Source: an uncultured Eubacteriales bacterium (GTDB lineage: Bacteria; Bacillota; Clostridia; Christensenellales; Borkfalkiaceae). From it: a stretch of DNA of 51,371 nt. Every line of letters begins with the position of its first letter. Within the stretch, counting starts at the first letter, position 1. Of the stretch, positions 20,920 to 29,285 are shown in pieces. The DNA lies in contig CAJLXC010000001.1 in NCBI GenBank assembly GCA_905210545.1, forward strand, positions 1 through 51,371, given 5' to 3'. A model generated the notes under the pieces. It had not been told where the DNA came from, searched no databases, and was given only the letters and a program-made list of their open reading frames with translations. Made by a program: the position numbers and the translations under genes.

Positions 20920-21069
20920 ATGAACTCAAACAATATCGTTTTGGTCGCTCTTTTGTTTTTACTTACGAATAATAACACGATAAACACGACTCAGTTGCTG
21001 CTTTTGCTCGCGTTGCTTTCTACCACGACAAACTCCTGTTCTTTTTTCAACAACAATACGTCTAACTGA
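20920..21069 (+). CDS. 49-aa hydrophobic Asn/Thr/Leu-rich peptide (absent from the ORF track)
   Basis: A perfect AGGAGG (20909-20914) lies 5 nt before the ATG. The peptide is MNSNNIVLVALLFLLTNNNTINTTQLLLLLALLSTTTNSCSFFNNNTSN*. It is divergent from ArsR and followed by a strong terminator. Confidence 0.5.
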   Translation: MNSNNIVLVALLFLLTNNNTINTTQLLLLLALLSTTTNSCSFFNNNTSN

Positions 21070-21097
21070 AAAACCGGACGAAAAAACGCAAAAACAA

Positions 21098-21137
21098 CTC
21101 CCCGCGGGCGGCAGAACTGCCGCCCGCGGGGAGTTTT
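21098..21137. terminator. Strong bidirectional terminator between convergent genes
   Basis: A 17-bp GC-rich stem, CTCCCCGCGGGCGGCAG-AA-CTGCCGCCCGCGGGGAG, with T-rich runs on both strands. Confidence 0.85.
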
Positions 21138-21221
21138 CGCACAAATTTTAAAACTGCTTTTTAAAACCTTTCGGCAAACACCTTGGAATAAATTTCGTTG
21201 TATTTGTCGCGATAAAAGAGG

Positions 21222-22118
21222 TTAGTACCGCTCGTCGTGACCGCCGCCAAGGCCCGTGCCGCGCTGACGGCCCGCCGCCGTGCCGGCAGCGACGCTTCTT
21301 CTCAGCAATTCCCGCATAGGCACGCCGTGTATAAGTCCCACGCACGCTGCCGCTATCATACTGTCGCCCGCGCCCACCGTGGAGTTCACCGCAACGGACG
21401 CGCTTTTGCAATAATAATTTTCTTTGCCGTCGGTTAAAACCGCGCCCTCCGCGCCCATAGACACCAGCACGTTTTTAACGCCCAGCTCGAGATATTTCTT
21501 CGCGGCTTCCGCCATATCGTATCTGTCTTTTACCTTCATACCGGAAAACGCTTCCAGCTCTTTTACGTTTGGCTTCGCCATAAAAATTTCTCTGCTTTTT
21601 ATCGCCGCGAGCATATTACTCTTTTCGGTATCCACTATTACTTTAACGTCTTTGGGAATAACCTCTAAAACCTTGCCGTAAAAATCCGATTTAACGCCCT
21701 TGGGCAGACTTCCGCTCATAACGGCGATCTCCGCCCCGAGAGAAAGCTCTCTGACTTTTGCGATAAGCTCCGCCTGTTTTTCGGGCGAAACCTCTTCCCC
21801 TCGGTCGTTTATCTCGGTAAGCATAGACTTTTTGTCTATAATCTTATAGTTTACCCGCGCAGAACCGGCGTTTACGACAAAATCGTGTTTTACGCCCTCC
21901 CTGTCGAGAACGTGTTCGAACATTCTTCTGTGATTTTCAAACATAAATCCGGTAGAAAGACATTCTTCTCCGAGCCGAGCCACGCCGACCGCAACGTTCA
22001 TCGCTTTGCCCGAATAAGTTTCTACTTTGTTGTCTATTCTGTTAAGCATACCCACGTTTAAACTGTCAAGCTCGATCGTGCAGTCTATGCTCGGATTCGG
22101 GCAAATCGATAATATCAT
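21222..22118 (-). CDS. pfkB: PfkB-family sugar kinase (1-phosphofructokinase/tagatose-6-P kinase type), with an apparent 3' frameshift
   Basis: N-terminus ILSICPNPSIDCT..., NVAVGVARLG and the C-terminal TVGAGDS motif. The called ORF ends in an odd Gly/Arg tail, while a plausible native C-terminus is in another frame down to 21161. Confidence 0.85.
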   Translation of the reverse strand: MILSICPNPSIDCTIELDSLNVGMLNRIDNKVETYSGKAMNVAVGVARLGEECLSTGFMFENHRRMFEHVLDREGVKHDFVVNAGSARVNYKIIDKKSMLTEINDRGEEVSPEKQAELIAKVRELSLGAEIAVMSGSLPKGVKSDFYGKVLEVIPKDVKVIVDTEKSNMLAAIKSREIFMAKPNVKELEAFSGMKVKDRYDMAEAAKKYLELGVKNVLVSMGAEGAVLTDGKENYYCKSASVAVNSTVGAGDSMIAAACVGLIHGVPMRELLRRSVAAGTAAGRQRGTGLGGGHDERY

Positions 22119-22153
22119 TCCGTTTATTTCTCCGTGTTATATATTTTTTCGGC

Positions 22154-24214
22154 TTATCTGAAAGCTTTCGCCAGCTTTTCCTGTTCGGCAAAAGGCACTT
22201 CTTCATAACGGACGAACTTGCCCGTAAATCTGCCTCTGCCCTGCGTTATGCTGCGCAGTTCCGTAGCGTATTTAAGCATTTCCGCAAGCGGAGCTTCCGC
22301 GCTTATTTCCTGCTTTCCGCCGACGGCTTCCATACCGAGAATCCTGCCGCGACGCTTGTTCATATCGCCTAATATATCGCCCGTGTAGTTATCGGGAACG
22401 ATTATTTTATAAAGATATACCGGCTCTAAAATTTTGGGATTCGCGCGCGGACAAGCGTCGTCGTAAGCAAGCTTCGCCGCGGATATAAACGCTATTTCTT
22501 TGCTGTCCACGGGGTGATACTTGCCGTCAAACAACGTGCATTTTATATCCGTCACGGGATAACCCGCAAGAACGCCTTTTTTAACGGCTTCTTTAAGTCC
22601 CTTTTCTACTGCGGGAATAAACTGTTTAGGCACTGCGCCGCCGACAACCGCGTCCACGAACTCGAATTCTCCGTCCGCCGCGCCCGGCTCGAAGCGGATA
22701 TTAACCACTCCGTATTGCCCCGCGCCGCCCGTCTGTTTTTTATGCTTGCCTTCGGCTTCCGCCGCTTTGGTTATCGTTTCCCGATACGCGATTTTCGGAT
22801 CGGAAAGAACGGCTTCGCACCCGAATTTGCTCTTTAATTTTTTGCACAGCACGTCGAGCTGCGTTTCGCCCTGTCCGCGGATAACCGTTTCGCCTGTTCC
22901 GGGATCTTTCTCCACGACGAAAGACGGATCTTCTTCCTGCAAGCGGTTAAGCCCCTGAAAGACTTTGTCCTCTTCTCCGCGTTTAGCGGCGGCTATCGCC
23001 ATTGTGAGCGACGGCTCGGGAAAGGCGATCGGGTCGTATCTCACGGGATAGCTTTCGTCGGCAAGCGTGTCGCCCGTAGCGGTATTGTTGAGTTTATTCA
23101 CCGCGCCTATGTCTCCGGCACAGATTTCGTCGGCAGACTCCTGCTTTTTGCCCTTAAGGTAATACAGTCCGCCGATACGCTCTTTTTCGCCCGTCACGGT
23201 ATTAAGAACGGTCATTCCGCTCTTCAACGTGCCGGTAAACACCCTGATAAGATTGAGCTTGCCCACGAACGGATCGGCAATCGTTTTGAACACCTGAGCC
23301 GTGAACGGCGTATCGATATCGCACGCTATTTCGCCTTCTTCGTTTTTGACGATATGCACGCAATGCACGCGTTTTCTCTCCATAGGAGAAGGCATTATCG
23401 CGACTATCTCGTTCATAAGGTTTATTACGCCGAGATTCTGCGTTGCCGAACCGCCCACCACCGGAACGGTATCGCCCGAAAAAAGACCGCGTTTTAACCC
23501 GACTATTATTTCGTCGTTGGAAAGCCAGCCTGTATCGAGGAATTTTTCTATAAACTCTTCGCTCGTTTCCGCGGCGGCTTCGGTAAGTCCCGCTTTAAGC
23601 TGCTCTATTTCGCCTTTCATTTCGTCGGGAACTTTTATCTCCACTCTCCCGCCCTTTGTGAATTCGTAAGCCTTGCCGGATATGACCGACACGTAGCCTT
23701 TCATTTTGCCGCCCCTTATAATCGGCGCGTGCATAGTCGCTATTTTTTTGCCGTATTTCGCGCGGAACGCCTCTACCGTAGCGACGTAATCGGCGTTTTC
23801 TTTATCTACGCCGTTGATAAAAATCATAAGCGGCACGTGATTGTCAAGGCAGTATTCCATAGCTTTTTCCGCGCCGACGGAAACCTGTCCGTTTGCTTCC
23901 GCAACGAGTACCGCAGAATCGACCGCGCGCATAGCCTCGCGGAATTCGCCTTCGAAATCGAAAAACCCGGGAACGTCCACGATGTTTATCTTAACGCCGT
24001 CCCATACGGTATAAGCGCAGCCGAGCGACACGGAAATGCCGCGCGCAAGCTCCTGCTCGTCAAAATCGGTCACGGTGTTCTTTTCAGCAACGCTGCCAAG
24101 CCTGTCCGTGCTTTTGCCGTTAAAAAGCATAGCTTCCGTAAGAGACGTTTTCCCCTCTCCGCTATGCCCGATAATCGCAATGTTCCTGATTTTTTCAGCC
24201 GTAAATTTACCCAT
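22154..24214 (-). CDS. Elongation factor G paralogue (EF-G-like translational GTPase)
   Basis: 686 aa with G1 AIIGHSGEGKTS and DVPGF, and full EF-G domain length. It stands alone, away from the str operon, so it is probably a second copy. Confidence 0.88.
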   Translation of the reverse strand: MGKFTAEKIRNIAIIGHSGEGKTSLTEAMLFNGKSTDRLGSVAEKNTVTDFDEQELARGISVSLGCAYTVWDGVKINIVDVPGFFDFEGEFREAMRAVDSAVLVAEANGQVSVGAEKAMEYCLDNHVPLMIFINGVDKENADYVATVEAFRAKYGKKIATMHAPIIRGGKMKGYVSVISGKAYEFTKGGRVEIKVPDEMKGEIEQLKAGLTEAAAETSEEFIEKFLDTGWLSNDEIIVGLKRGLFSGDTVPVVGGSATQNLGVINLMNEIVAIMPSPMERKRVHCVHIVKNEEGEIACDIDTPFTAQVFKTIADPFVGKLNLIRVFTGTLKSGMTVLNTVTGEKERIGGLYYLKGKKQESADEICAGDIGAVNKLNNTATGDTLADESYPVRYDPIAFPEPSLTMAIAAAKRGEEDKVFQGLNRLQEEDPSFVVEKDPGTGETVIRGQGETQLDVLCKKLKSKFGCEAVLSDPKIAYRETITKAAEAEGKHKKQTGGAGQYGVVNIRFEPGAADGEFEFVDAVVGGAVPKQFIPAVEKGLKEAVKKGVLAGYPVTDIKCTLFDGKYHPVDSKEIAFISAAKLAYDDACPRANPKILEPVYLYKIIVPDNYTGDILGDMNKRRGRILGMEAVGGKQEISAEAPLAEMLKYATELRSITQGRGRFTGKFVRYEEVPFAEQEKLAKAFR

Positions 24215-24344
24215 ATTCAGTTATCCCCCATAATATCAGTCCGATCCGTGCGGACAAAACGACCCGCTTTCGGATCTCTTATCGTTATTATACTATACGC
24301 GAAAGGATTTTTCAAGAAAGTTTTAAAAATTCTTTTTATTTTTT

Positions 24345-24728
24345 TTAATAATCTTCCAAATCGGCGCGCGACGGTATATCCGGTACGGGCGGCGAACACG
24401 GATCGGGACAGCAACGCGGCTGCGGCGACGGCGGTTTGGGCGGATTCTGCGGTTTGTTAAGGTTTACGCTCGTTTCGCAGGTCTCTCCGCACCTTAAATC
24501 GACCAGAATCACGTCTCCGCCGATTTTAAGTATATTGCGTTCGGGGATAAACAAAGAATTTCTGTCGAAAAATTTCAGAAACCACCTTCTTTTGCGCACG
24601 GGAACGGTTATACCCGTCATCACCCCTTTGGGAAAGGACAAGGTAAGATCCGTAATTCTCCCGAAGCACCGCCCGTCGGCAACGTTCACGACGTCGCGTT
24701 TTCTTAATTGTTCATAAGAAAGATCCAT
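24345..24728 (-). CDS. ylmC: YlmC/YmxH-family (PRC-barrel) sporulation protein with a Pro/Cys-rich C-terminal tail
   Basis: The N-terminal ~80 aa match the YlmC pattern (LRKRDVVNVADGRCFGRITDL...IGGDVILVDL). Conserved position downstream of sigG. Confidence 0.85.
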   Translation of the reverse strand: MDLSYEQLRKRDVVNVADGRCFGRITDLTLSFPKGVMTGITVPVRKRRWFLKFFDRNSLFIPERNILKIGGDVILVDLRCGETCETSVNLNKPQNPPKPPSPQPRCCPDPCSPPVPDIPSRADLEDY

Positions 24729-24811
24729 AGTATTATTATATTATGAACGCGCCCGTTCGGTTATTCTATTAAATTTTTAAGCTTATAGAAAAGTTTTGGA
24801 GATTGAAAAAA

Positions 24812-24855
24812 CCGCCCGCTTTGGTTTTTTTAACCAAAGCGGGCGGGGTGTTTTT
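24812..24855 (-). terminator. Terminator downstream of sigG
   Basis: A 15-bp stem, CCGCCCGCTTTGGTT/AACCAAAGCGGGCGG, with T/A runs on both sides. Confidence 0.85.
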
Positions 24856-24870
24856 CAGACTTTATCTGAT

Positions 24871-25644
24871 TTATACCATAGAAATTGCGGAACGGATAGA
24901 CGATAACGCGTTTTTTTCGAGCCGCGAAACCTGCGCTTGCGAAAGTCCCACTTCGGAAGAAATTTCCGTCTGCGTTTTTCCCTCGTAATACCTTAAATAA
25001 ATAATCTTTTTTTCTCTGCCTTTCAGGCGCGATAAAGCGTTGTCGAGCGCGACCTTTTCCGTCCAGCTTTCGTCGGTGTTCTTTTCGTCGCCCAGCTGAT
25101 CGACGAGCAGCAGTTCGTCGCCGTTCTTGCTGTAAACGGGATCGTATAAAGACACCGTGTCGGAAATAGCGTCTAAACAATACGCTACTTCGGAAAGCGC
25201 GACGTGCATTTCGTCCGCGATTTTTTCAAGCGAAACCTCTTCGTCTTTTTTCTCCAACTCTTCACGCGTTTTAAGCGCGAGATAAGCGGTATCGCGTATC
25301 GAGCGGGAAATGCGGAGCGAGTTGCCGTCTCTTAAAAATCTTTTTATTTCGCCTATAATCATAGGCACGGCGTAAGTGGAAAATTTTACGCCGACGGACA
25401 AATCGAAGTTGTCTATCGCTTTGATAAGCCCTATCATCCCCGCCTGAAACACGTCGTCGGAATTAGCGCGTTTCGCCCAGAATCGTTTAATAACGGACAG
25501 CACGAGCCGCATATTCGCCACGGTAAATTCTTCGCGCGCGTTTTCGTCGCCCGCGGCTATTTTTTTGAGAAGCTCTACGGACTGTTTATAGGTTATTTTC
25601 GGAAGCGTGGAGGTATCCACGCCGCAAATCACGACCTTACTCAT
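24871..25644 (-). CDS. sigG: Sporulation sigma factor SigG
   Basis: 257 aa. N-terminus KVVICGVDTSTLPK plus sigma-70 regions 2-4. Synteny spoIIGA-sigE-sigG. Confidence 0.93.
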   Translation of the reverse strand: MSKVVICGVDTSTLPKITYKQSVELLKKIAAGDENAREEFTVANMRLVLSVIKRFWAKRANSDDVFQAGMIGLIKAIDNFDLSVGVKFSTYAVPMIIGEIKRFLRDGNSLRISRSIRDTAYLALKTREELEKKDEEVSLEKIADEMHVALSEVAYCLDAISDTVSLYDPVYSKNGDELLLVDQLGDEKNTDESWTEKVALDNALSRLKGREKKIIYLRYYEGKTQTEISSEVGLSQAQVSRLEKNALSSIRSAISMV

Positions 25645-25821
25645 ACTATAATCCCCCTATGTAAAAGCGGAATAAATCGGGGATATTCGATAAGTATTAG
25701 CTTTATCGTAATTTTTATACACGGCGGTGTAAAAATTTTTCTCTCGTTTACGAAAAAAAAGGCGTGAATTTTCTCAAGCGAATACGTCGGGTTTTTAAGT
25801 TTTTTTAGTTTTTTTAAGGGT

Positions 25822-26529
25822 TTACACCATTTTGGCGAATTCTTTTTTAAGCCTTACGATAATCTTTTTTTCTAAACGAGAAATATAAGACTGCGATATG
25901 CCGAGCATATCGGCAACTTCTCTCTGCGTTTTCTCTTCTCCGCCGTTCAGACCGTAACGCATTTCCATAATCTCTTTTTCTCTTACGTTGAGTTTGGAAA
26001 GCGCTTCTTTAAGAAGCTCGCTTTCAACCCCGTTTTCTATCTTTTTATAAACCGCGTCGGAATCCGTTCCCATAACGTCCGCAAGCACCAGCTCGTTGCC
26101 GTCGCCGTCAACGTTGAGCGGCTCGTCGAAGGACACTTCGTTTTTCAGCTTTACCGTTCTCCTTAAATGCATTAAAATCTCGTTCTCTATGCACCGCGAG
26201 GCGAAAGTCGCGAGCTTGACGTTTTTCTCCGAAGAAAACGAGCCTACGGCTTTGATAAGCCCTATCGTGCCGACGGAAATAAGGTCGTCCAGATCCACGC
26301 CCGTATTCTGAAATCGCCGCGCTATGTATACGACGAGCCTTAAATTATGCTCTACCAGCTCGTCCTTTACGGCTTCGTTGCCGCTTTCGAGCTTTTTTAC
26401 GAGAGAAGCTTCTTCTTCCGCGGAAAAAGGCGACGGCAGAACCTCTCCGCCGTTTATGTATCTCAGCAGGTTTTCCGAAAAAGAAAACTTTTTAAGCAGT
26501 TTTTTAAGTTTTTCCAAAATCACGTTCAT
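25822..26529 (-). CDS. sigE: Sporulation sigma factor SigE (pro-sigma-E)
   Basis: 235 aa with a pro-sequence followed by [14 protein letters not shown] and [13 protein letters not shown]. Lies directly downstream of spoIIGA. Confidence 0.93.
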   Translation of the reverse strand: MNVILEKLKKLLKKFSFSENLLRYINGGEVLPSPFSAEEEASLVKKLESGNEAVKDELVEHNLRLVVYIARRFQNTGVDLDDLISVGTIGLIKAVGSFSSEKNVKLATFASRCIENEILMHLRRTVKLKNEVSFDEPLNVDGDGNELVLADVMGTDSDAVYKKIENGVESELLKEALSKLNVREKEIMEMRYGLNGGEEKTQREVADMLGISQSYISRLEKKIIVRLKKEFAKMV

Positions 26530-26562
26530 CTACATATTCTCCTTTACCCGAAGCGAAGCGAT

Positions 26563-27363
26563 TCAGGCGGCGTTTGCCGCCATCAGCGCGGGGTGCAGTA
26601 TAACGTCGTATCCCGCGCCTAATCCCTTGTCCGCAACGCATACCGTAACGTTATTATATATATTCGGCAACCCGCCGTTATATATCTCTATTCTGTCAAG
26701 TTTAAAACAGATTTTGTTTTCCGCGCCGTTCACCGTCGCAACGACTATGCGCTTTATTCCCGCCGTTTTGCCGCCGCCCGTAAACACGAGCTTTTCGGCA
26801 AGTTTTTTTCCGCAGAAAATCACGGGGCTGTCTCCGTCGTAAACGCCGTTGCCCGTATCGAGAAAACCCGTGGCGGTTATTTCCGCATTGCCGTTTACGA
26901 GCTTTATTTCGTATAAAAACCCGCGCAGATCCTTGCGCCTGTAAATAAAGCTTACCGTTTCCGTAACCGCTTTGATGAGGACGAAAGCAGGCAGAATAAT
27001 CAGCGCAACGGAAGTTTCGGACGAATACGGAATGCCGAATATTTCGTAAACACCCGTAATCGCGCCGCCTGTTAAAAACGTCGTTCCCGCAAATACGGCG
27101 GAGGTAATCGCGTACTCTCGCGGGGAACGGTATTTTGCGCAGGCGAGAGTGAGCGTAACCCCGCATAAAAGCTTTACCGCGACGGTTAAAACCCGATAAT
27201 TTTCTAAAAGCGGATAAAAAAGCGCGACCGCCGCGCCGAAAAGAGCGCAAATAAAAAGCCTGCTTTTTTTCGCGGGTACGCCCGCGATTTTTAAAGAGGC
27301 TTTAAGAAGCAAATAGTCTATAACGAAATTGTCGATAATTACGTATTCGATATATACCGTCAT
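26563..27363 (-). CDS. spoIIGA: Sigma-E processing peptidase SpoIIGA
   Basis: Polytopic N-terminal half plus the aspartic protease motif FLDTGN. ORF trimmed to ATG 27361-27363, which follows a GGAGG RBS. Confidence 0.9.
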   Translation of the reverse strand: MTVYIEYVIIDNFVIDYLLLKASLKIAGVPAKKSRLFICALFGAAVALFYPLLENYRVLTVAVKLLCGVTLTLACAKYRSPREYAITSAVFAGTTFLTGGAITGVYEIFGIPYSSETSVALIILPAFVLIKAVTETVSFIYRRKDLRGFLYEIKLVNGNAEITATGFLDTGNGVYDGDSPVIFCGKKLAEKLVFTGGGKTAGIKRIVVATVNGAENKICFKLDRIEIYNGGLPNIYNNVTVCVADKGLGAGYDVILHPALMAANAA

Positions 27364-27453
27364 ACCGCCTCCGTGTAACACAAAGCATAACACTAAAAGC
27401 GGCGCGATTTTTGATTGTTTATAGAATAAAGACCGAATAATTTGTCGATATAC

Positions 27454-28143
27454 TTATTTTTCGAAATATTCTTTGAGTTTTGGGAAAAACTCGGACGGCT
27501 CGAACGCTTTGTCGAGAAGCCCGGAGCAAAGTCCTATAAGCCCGCCGTTGACGAGCGTGATGACGAGCGTTCCCCAGCCGACGCCTTTAAGCGCGCCGAA
27601 AAAACAGAACGACATTATAACCGCGATAACGAGAGAGCCTATATCGAAACAGGTCTTAAACAGCGATTTTTTTATATTGTACCGTTCAGAAACGCCTTTG
27701 ACGAAATAGTCGTTCACCTGAGGCGGAAAATACGCGAAAAAATACAGCGCGACCGCGAACGCGGTGATAAGTTCGCCTACAACGAAAAACAAAACGCGAA
27801 GCCACGTATCCATACTGCCGGGGGCGGTTACGGTCGGATCGAATATCGGAATTTTGCGCCATAAGTCAAGCGCAAGCCCGTATATAAGGCAGGATATAAA
27901 GGCGAACAGATAAGATAATCTGAATCTCCGCATTATAATGCAGAACGCGATAAACAAAATCCCCTGCACCACGTATTCCGCCTGACCGAAAGAAAGTCCG
28001 TCCGCGTAAAGACTGAGTACGTAAGCCGGAGCGACGACCATAGATATTCCGAAATCCGCCGCCGCGACCATAGCGACCGCGAGCGAAAGAAGCGCCGTTG
28101 CCAGAATATACGCCGTTTCTCCGTGAAGCTTTAATTTTTTCAT
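27454..28143 (-). CDS. Polytopic membrane protein (YczE/DUF6198-like, tentative)
   Basis: 229 aa with about 6 TM helices. The family assignment rests on pattern recollection only. Confidence 0.5.
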   Translation of the reverse strand: MKKLKLHGETAYILATALLSLAVAMVAAADFGISMVVAPAYVLSLYADGLSFGQAEYVVQGILFIAFCIIMRRFRLSYLFAFISCLIYGLALDLWRKIPIFDPTVTAPGSMDTWLRVLFFVVGELITAFAVALYFFAYFPPQVNDYFVKGVSERYNIKKSLFKTCFDIGSLVIAVIMSFCFFGALKGVGWGTLVITLVNGGLIGLCSGLLDKAFEPSEFFPKLKEYFEK

Positions 28144-28158
28144 AAGTAATATATCCCG

Positions 28159-29271
28159 TCAGCCTTTCATAAATTCCAGAATGATATCGTTCTGAACGTA
28201 AAGATAGTCGTCTTTTATTTTCAGAACGTCGCCGTCTCTTTCGAGATACCTGCCTTTTTTATCGAGGGCGGCTTTATATTTTTCGTCGAAATCCGCGCCG
28301 AACGTTTCGTTGAATTTTTTCACGTTCATACCTTCCGCGGTGCGGAGCGCGAGCATAATAAACTCGAATTCCGCGTCGTCGCCCTCTATTACGTCGGAAG
28401 AAATTTCCGGCGATTTGTTATAAATGACGGCGTTCATATACTCGTCTACGGAAAAAGTGTTGGTAAACCTTCTCCCGTTCATAAACGAAGACGCCGAAAC
28501 GCCCGCCCCGATATATTCGCCGCGCCGCCAGTAATTTAAGTTATGTCTGCTCTCGAACCCTTTTTTTGCGAAGTTAGACACCTCGTAACGATAAAAGCCC
28601 TTTTCCTTGAGATAGGCGCGGATATCGTCGTAGATATCCGCCACCTCATCGTCGGATAAAAGCTCGCCGTTTAAATAATCCGTGTATATGGGTGTGCCGA
28701 CTTCGGGCGTGAGCGCGTAGACGGAAATATGACTTACGCCGCCCGCGATGGCGAGATCGGCGGTCTTTCTCACCTGCTCCGCGGTCTGCCCGTGAAGACC
28801 TATAAGAATATCCGCGCTGAAATTTTCGCCTTTAAGCATTTTCGCGCACAGCAAAAAATCTTTGGCGGTATGTATACGATTAAGGCGTTTAAGCTGTTCG
28901 TCGTACCCCGTTTGCAAGCCCACCGAAAAACGGTTTATGCCCGCGTCTTTATATAGTTTTATTTTATCCTCGTCCACCGTTCCGGGATTAAGCTCTATCG
29001 TGATTTCGGGGTTTTCCGCGAGATTAAAGCATTTTTTAACCTGTTTAATCGCCCCGACGATATAGCTTGCGGGTACGACGGACGGCGTTCCGCCGCCCAC
29101 GTAAACCGTGTCGAAAACCTTGTCTTTATACTTTAAGCCTTGCCCGCGCAGCTCCCTGTACAGACAGGCGAAATAGCTTTCCGCTTTGCCGATTTCTTTC
29201 GGGTACGACGCAAAATCGCAATACGTGCATTTGCTTTTGCAAAACGGCACGTGAATATATATTCCGCTCAA
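28159..29271 (-). CDS. hemW: Radical SAM heme chaperone HemW (HemN-like)
   Basis: 370 aa. The N-terminus YIHVPFCKSKCTYCDF carries the CxxxCxxC radical SAM motif. Conserved lepA-hemW synteny. Confidence 0.92.
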   Translation of the reverse strand: MSGIYIHVPFCKSKCTYCDFASYPKEIGKAESYFACLYRELRGQGLKYKDKVFDTVYVGGGTPSVVPASYIVGAIKQVKKCFNLAENPEITIELNPGTVDEDKIKLYKDAGINRFSVGLQTGYDEQLKRLNRIHTAKDFLLCAKMLKGENFSADILIGLHGQTAEQVRKTADLAIAGGVSHISVYALTPEVGTPIYTDYLNGELLSDDEVADIYDDIRAYLKEKGFYRYEVSNFAKKGFESRHNLNYWRRGEYIGAGVSASSFMNGRRFTNTFSVDEYMNAVIYNKSPEISSDVIEGDDAEFEFIMLALRTAEGMNVKKFNETFGADFDEKYKAALDKKGRYLERDGDVLKIKDDYLYVQNDIILEFMKG

Positions 29272-29285
29272 ACCTTTCCCGCTCC

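Noticed and set aside
21148-21411. An 87-aa Arg/Gly-rich minus-strand ORF overlapping the pfkB 3' end.
   Set aside because: It is in a third frame of the GC-rich stretch. It is neither the pfkB frame nor the frame holding the plausible native C-terminus, so it is a composition artefact.
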